From Bugula neritina (lineage: Eukaryota; Animalia; Bryozoa), in the NCBI GenBank assembly GCA_964035545.1, contig OZ037765.1, forward strand, positions 27,217,504 to 27,281,503: 64,000 nucleotides of DNA, written 5' to 3'. The position numbers and the translations under genes were made by a program. This document shows positions 63,801 through 64,000 of the stretch, in pieces; position 1 is the first letter of the stretch; each line of letters starts with the position of its first letter. The notes under the pieces were generated by a model, which saw nothing but the letters and a program-made list of their open reading frames with translations, had not been told where the DNA came from and ran no database searches.

Positions 63801-64000
63801 GATAGTCAGTTAATATAACAGCTATAAATACTTAGCAATGCAGTAATTTATTACGTACACAGAATAGTACACAGCATCCAACTATGATAGTGACGTACCA
63901 GGGTTTGAATCATGTTGCACCTCTGTTTCCTCATTTGTGAAACATAGCCATACACATCCACTTTACCCTCCGACTCGGCTTGCTGAATCAGTGAATCCAA
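60880..64000 (-). CDS. Receptor-type protein tyrosine phosphatase, 3' end (end of D1 plus complete D2 domain); 5' part lies outside the window
   Basis: Exons 64000-63899 (partial), 63782-63636, 63532-63442, 62936-62872, 62540-62391, 62213-62073, 61754-61591, 61500-61365, 60963-60880 (stop TAG). Motifs [33 protein letters not shown] (D1 Q-loop), NLAKNR..VIP, DYINATYVD, IATQHPLNSTVEDFWKMV, INCYDGAKQSG, DQFKFCY. Tandem PTP domains imply receptor type. Confidence 0.9.
62806..62890 (-). repeat. 29-bp tandem triplication spanning a PTP exon end and its 5' splice site
   Basis: Minus strand reads AACGCCACATATGTAGAT|GTAAGTAACTC AATGCCACGTATGTAGAT|GTAAGTAACTC AATGCCACGTTTGTAGAC|GTAAGTAG, with GT donors at 62871, 62842 and 62813. 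Confidence 0.9.

Overview
AT-rich, intron-rich eukaryotic DNA from an invertebrate (protostome/lophotrochozoan-like by protein motifs; the species cannot be determined). Five protein-coding genes were reconstructed by hand from GT-AG splice sites with consistent exon phases. (1) Minus strand: the 5' ~2,585 codons (43 exons) of an LRP1-like LDL-receptor-related protein, running off the left edge. (2) Plus strand: a 4-exon, 589-aa BTB-BACK-Kelch protein. (3) Minus strand: a 13-coding-exon, ~700-aa choline acetyltransferase (ChAT). (4) Minus strand: a 659-aa vesicular acetylcholine transporter (VAChT) with an intronless CDS, lying between ChAT and a probable shared non-coding 5' exon, i.e. a cholinergic gene locus. 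(5) Minus strand: the 3' end of a tandem-domain receptor-type tyrosine phosphatase. Several MITE-like elements and tandem repeats are also present. The most interesting unexplained signals are mutually exclusive RNA pairings around the VAChT exon that could steer VAChT-versus-ChAT splicing, a near-perfect COE/EBF palindrome upstream of the cholinergic locus, a VMAT2-like SESD acidic tail on VAChT, a triplicated exon end plus splice donor in the phosphatase, and strong erosion of the LRP1 N-terminal modules. No database searches or folding computations were run.
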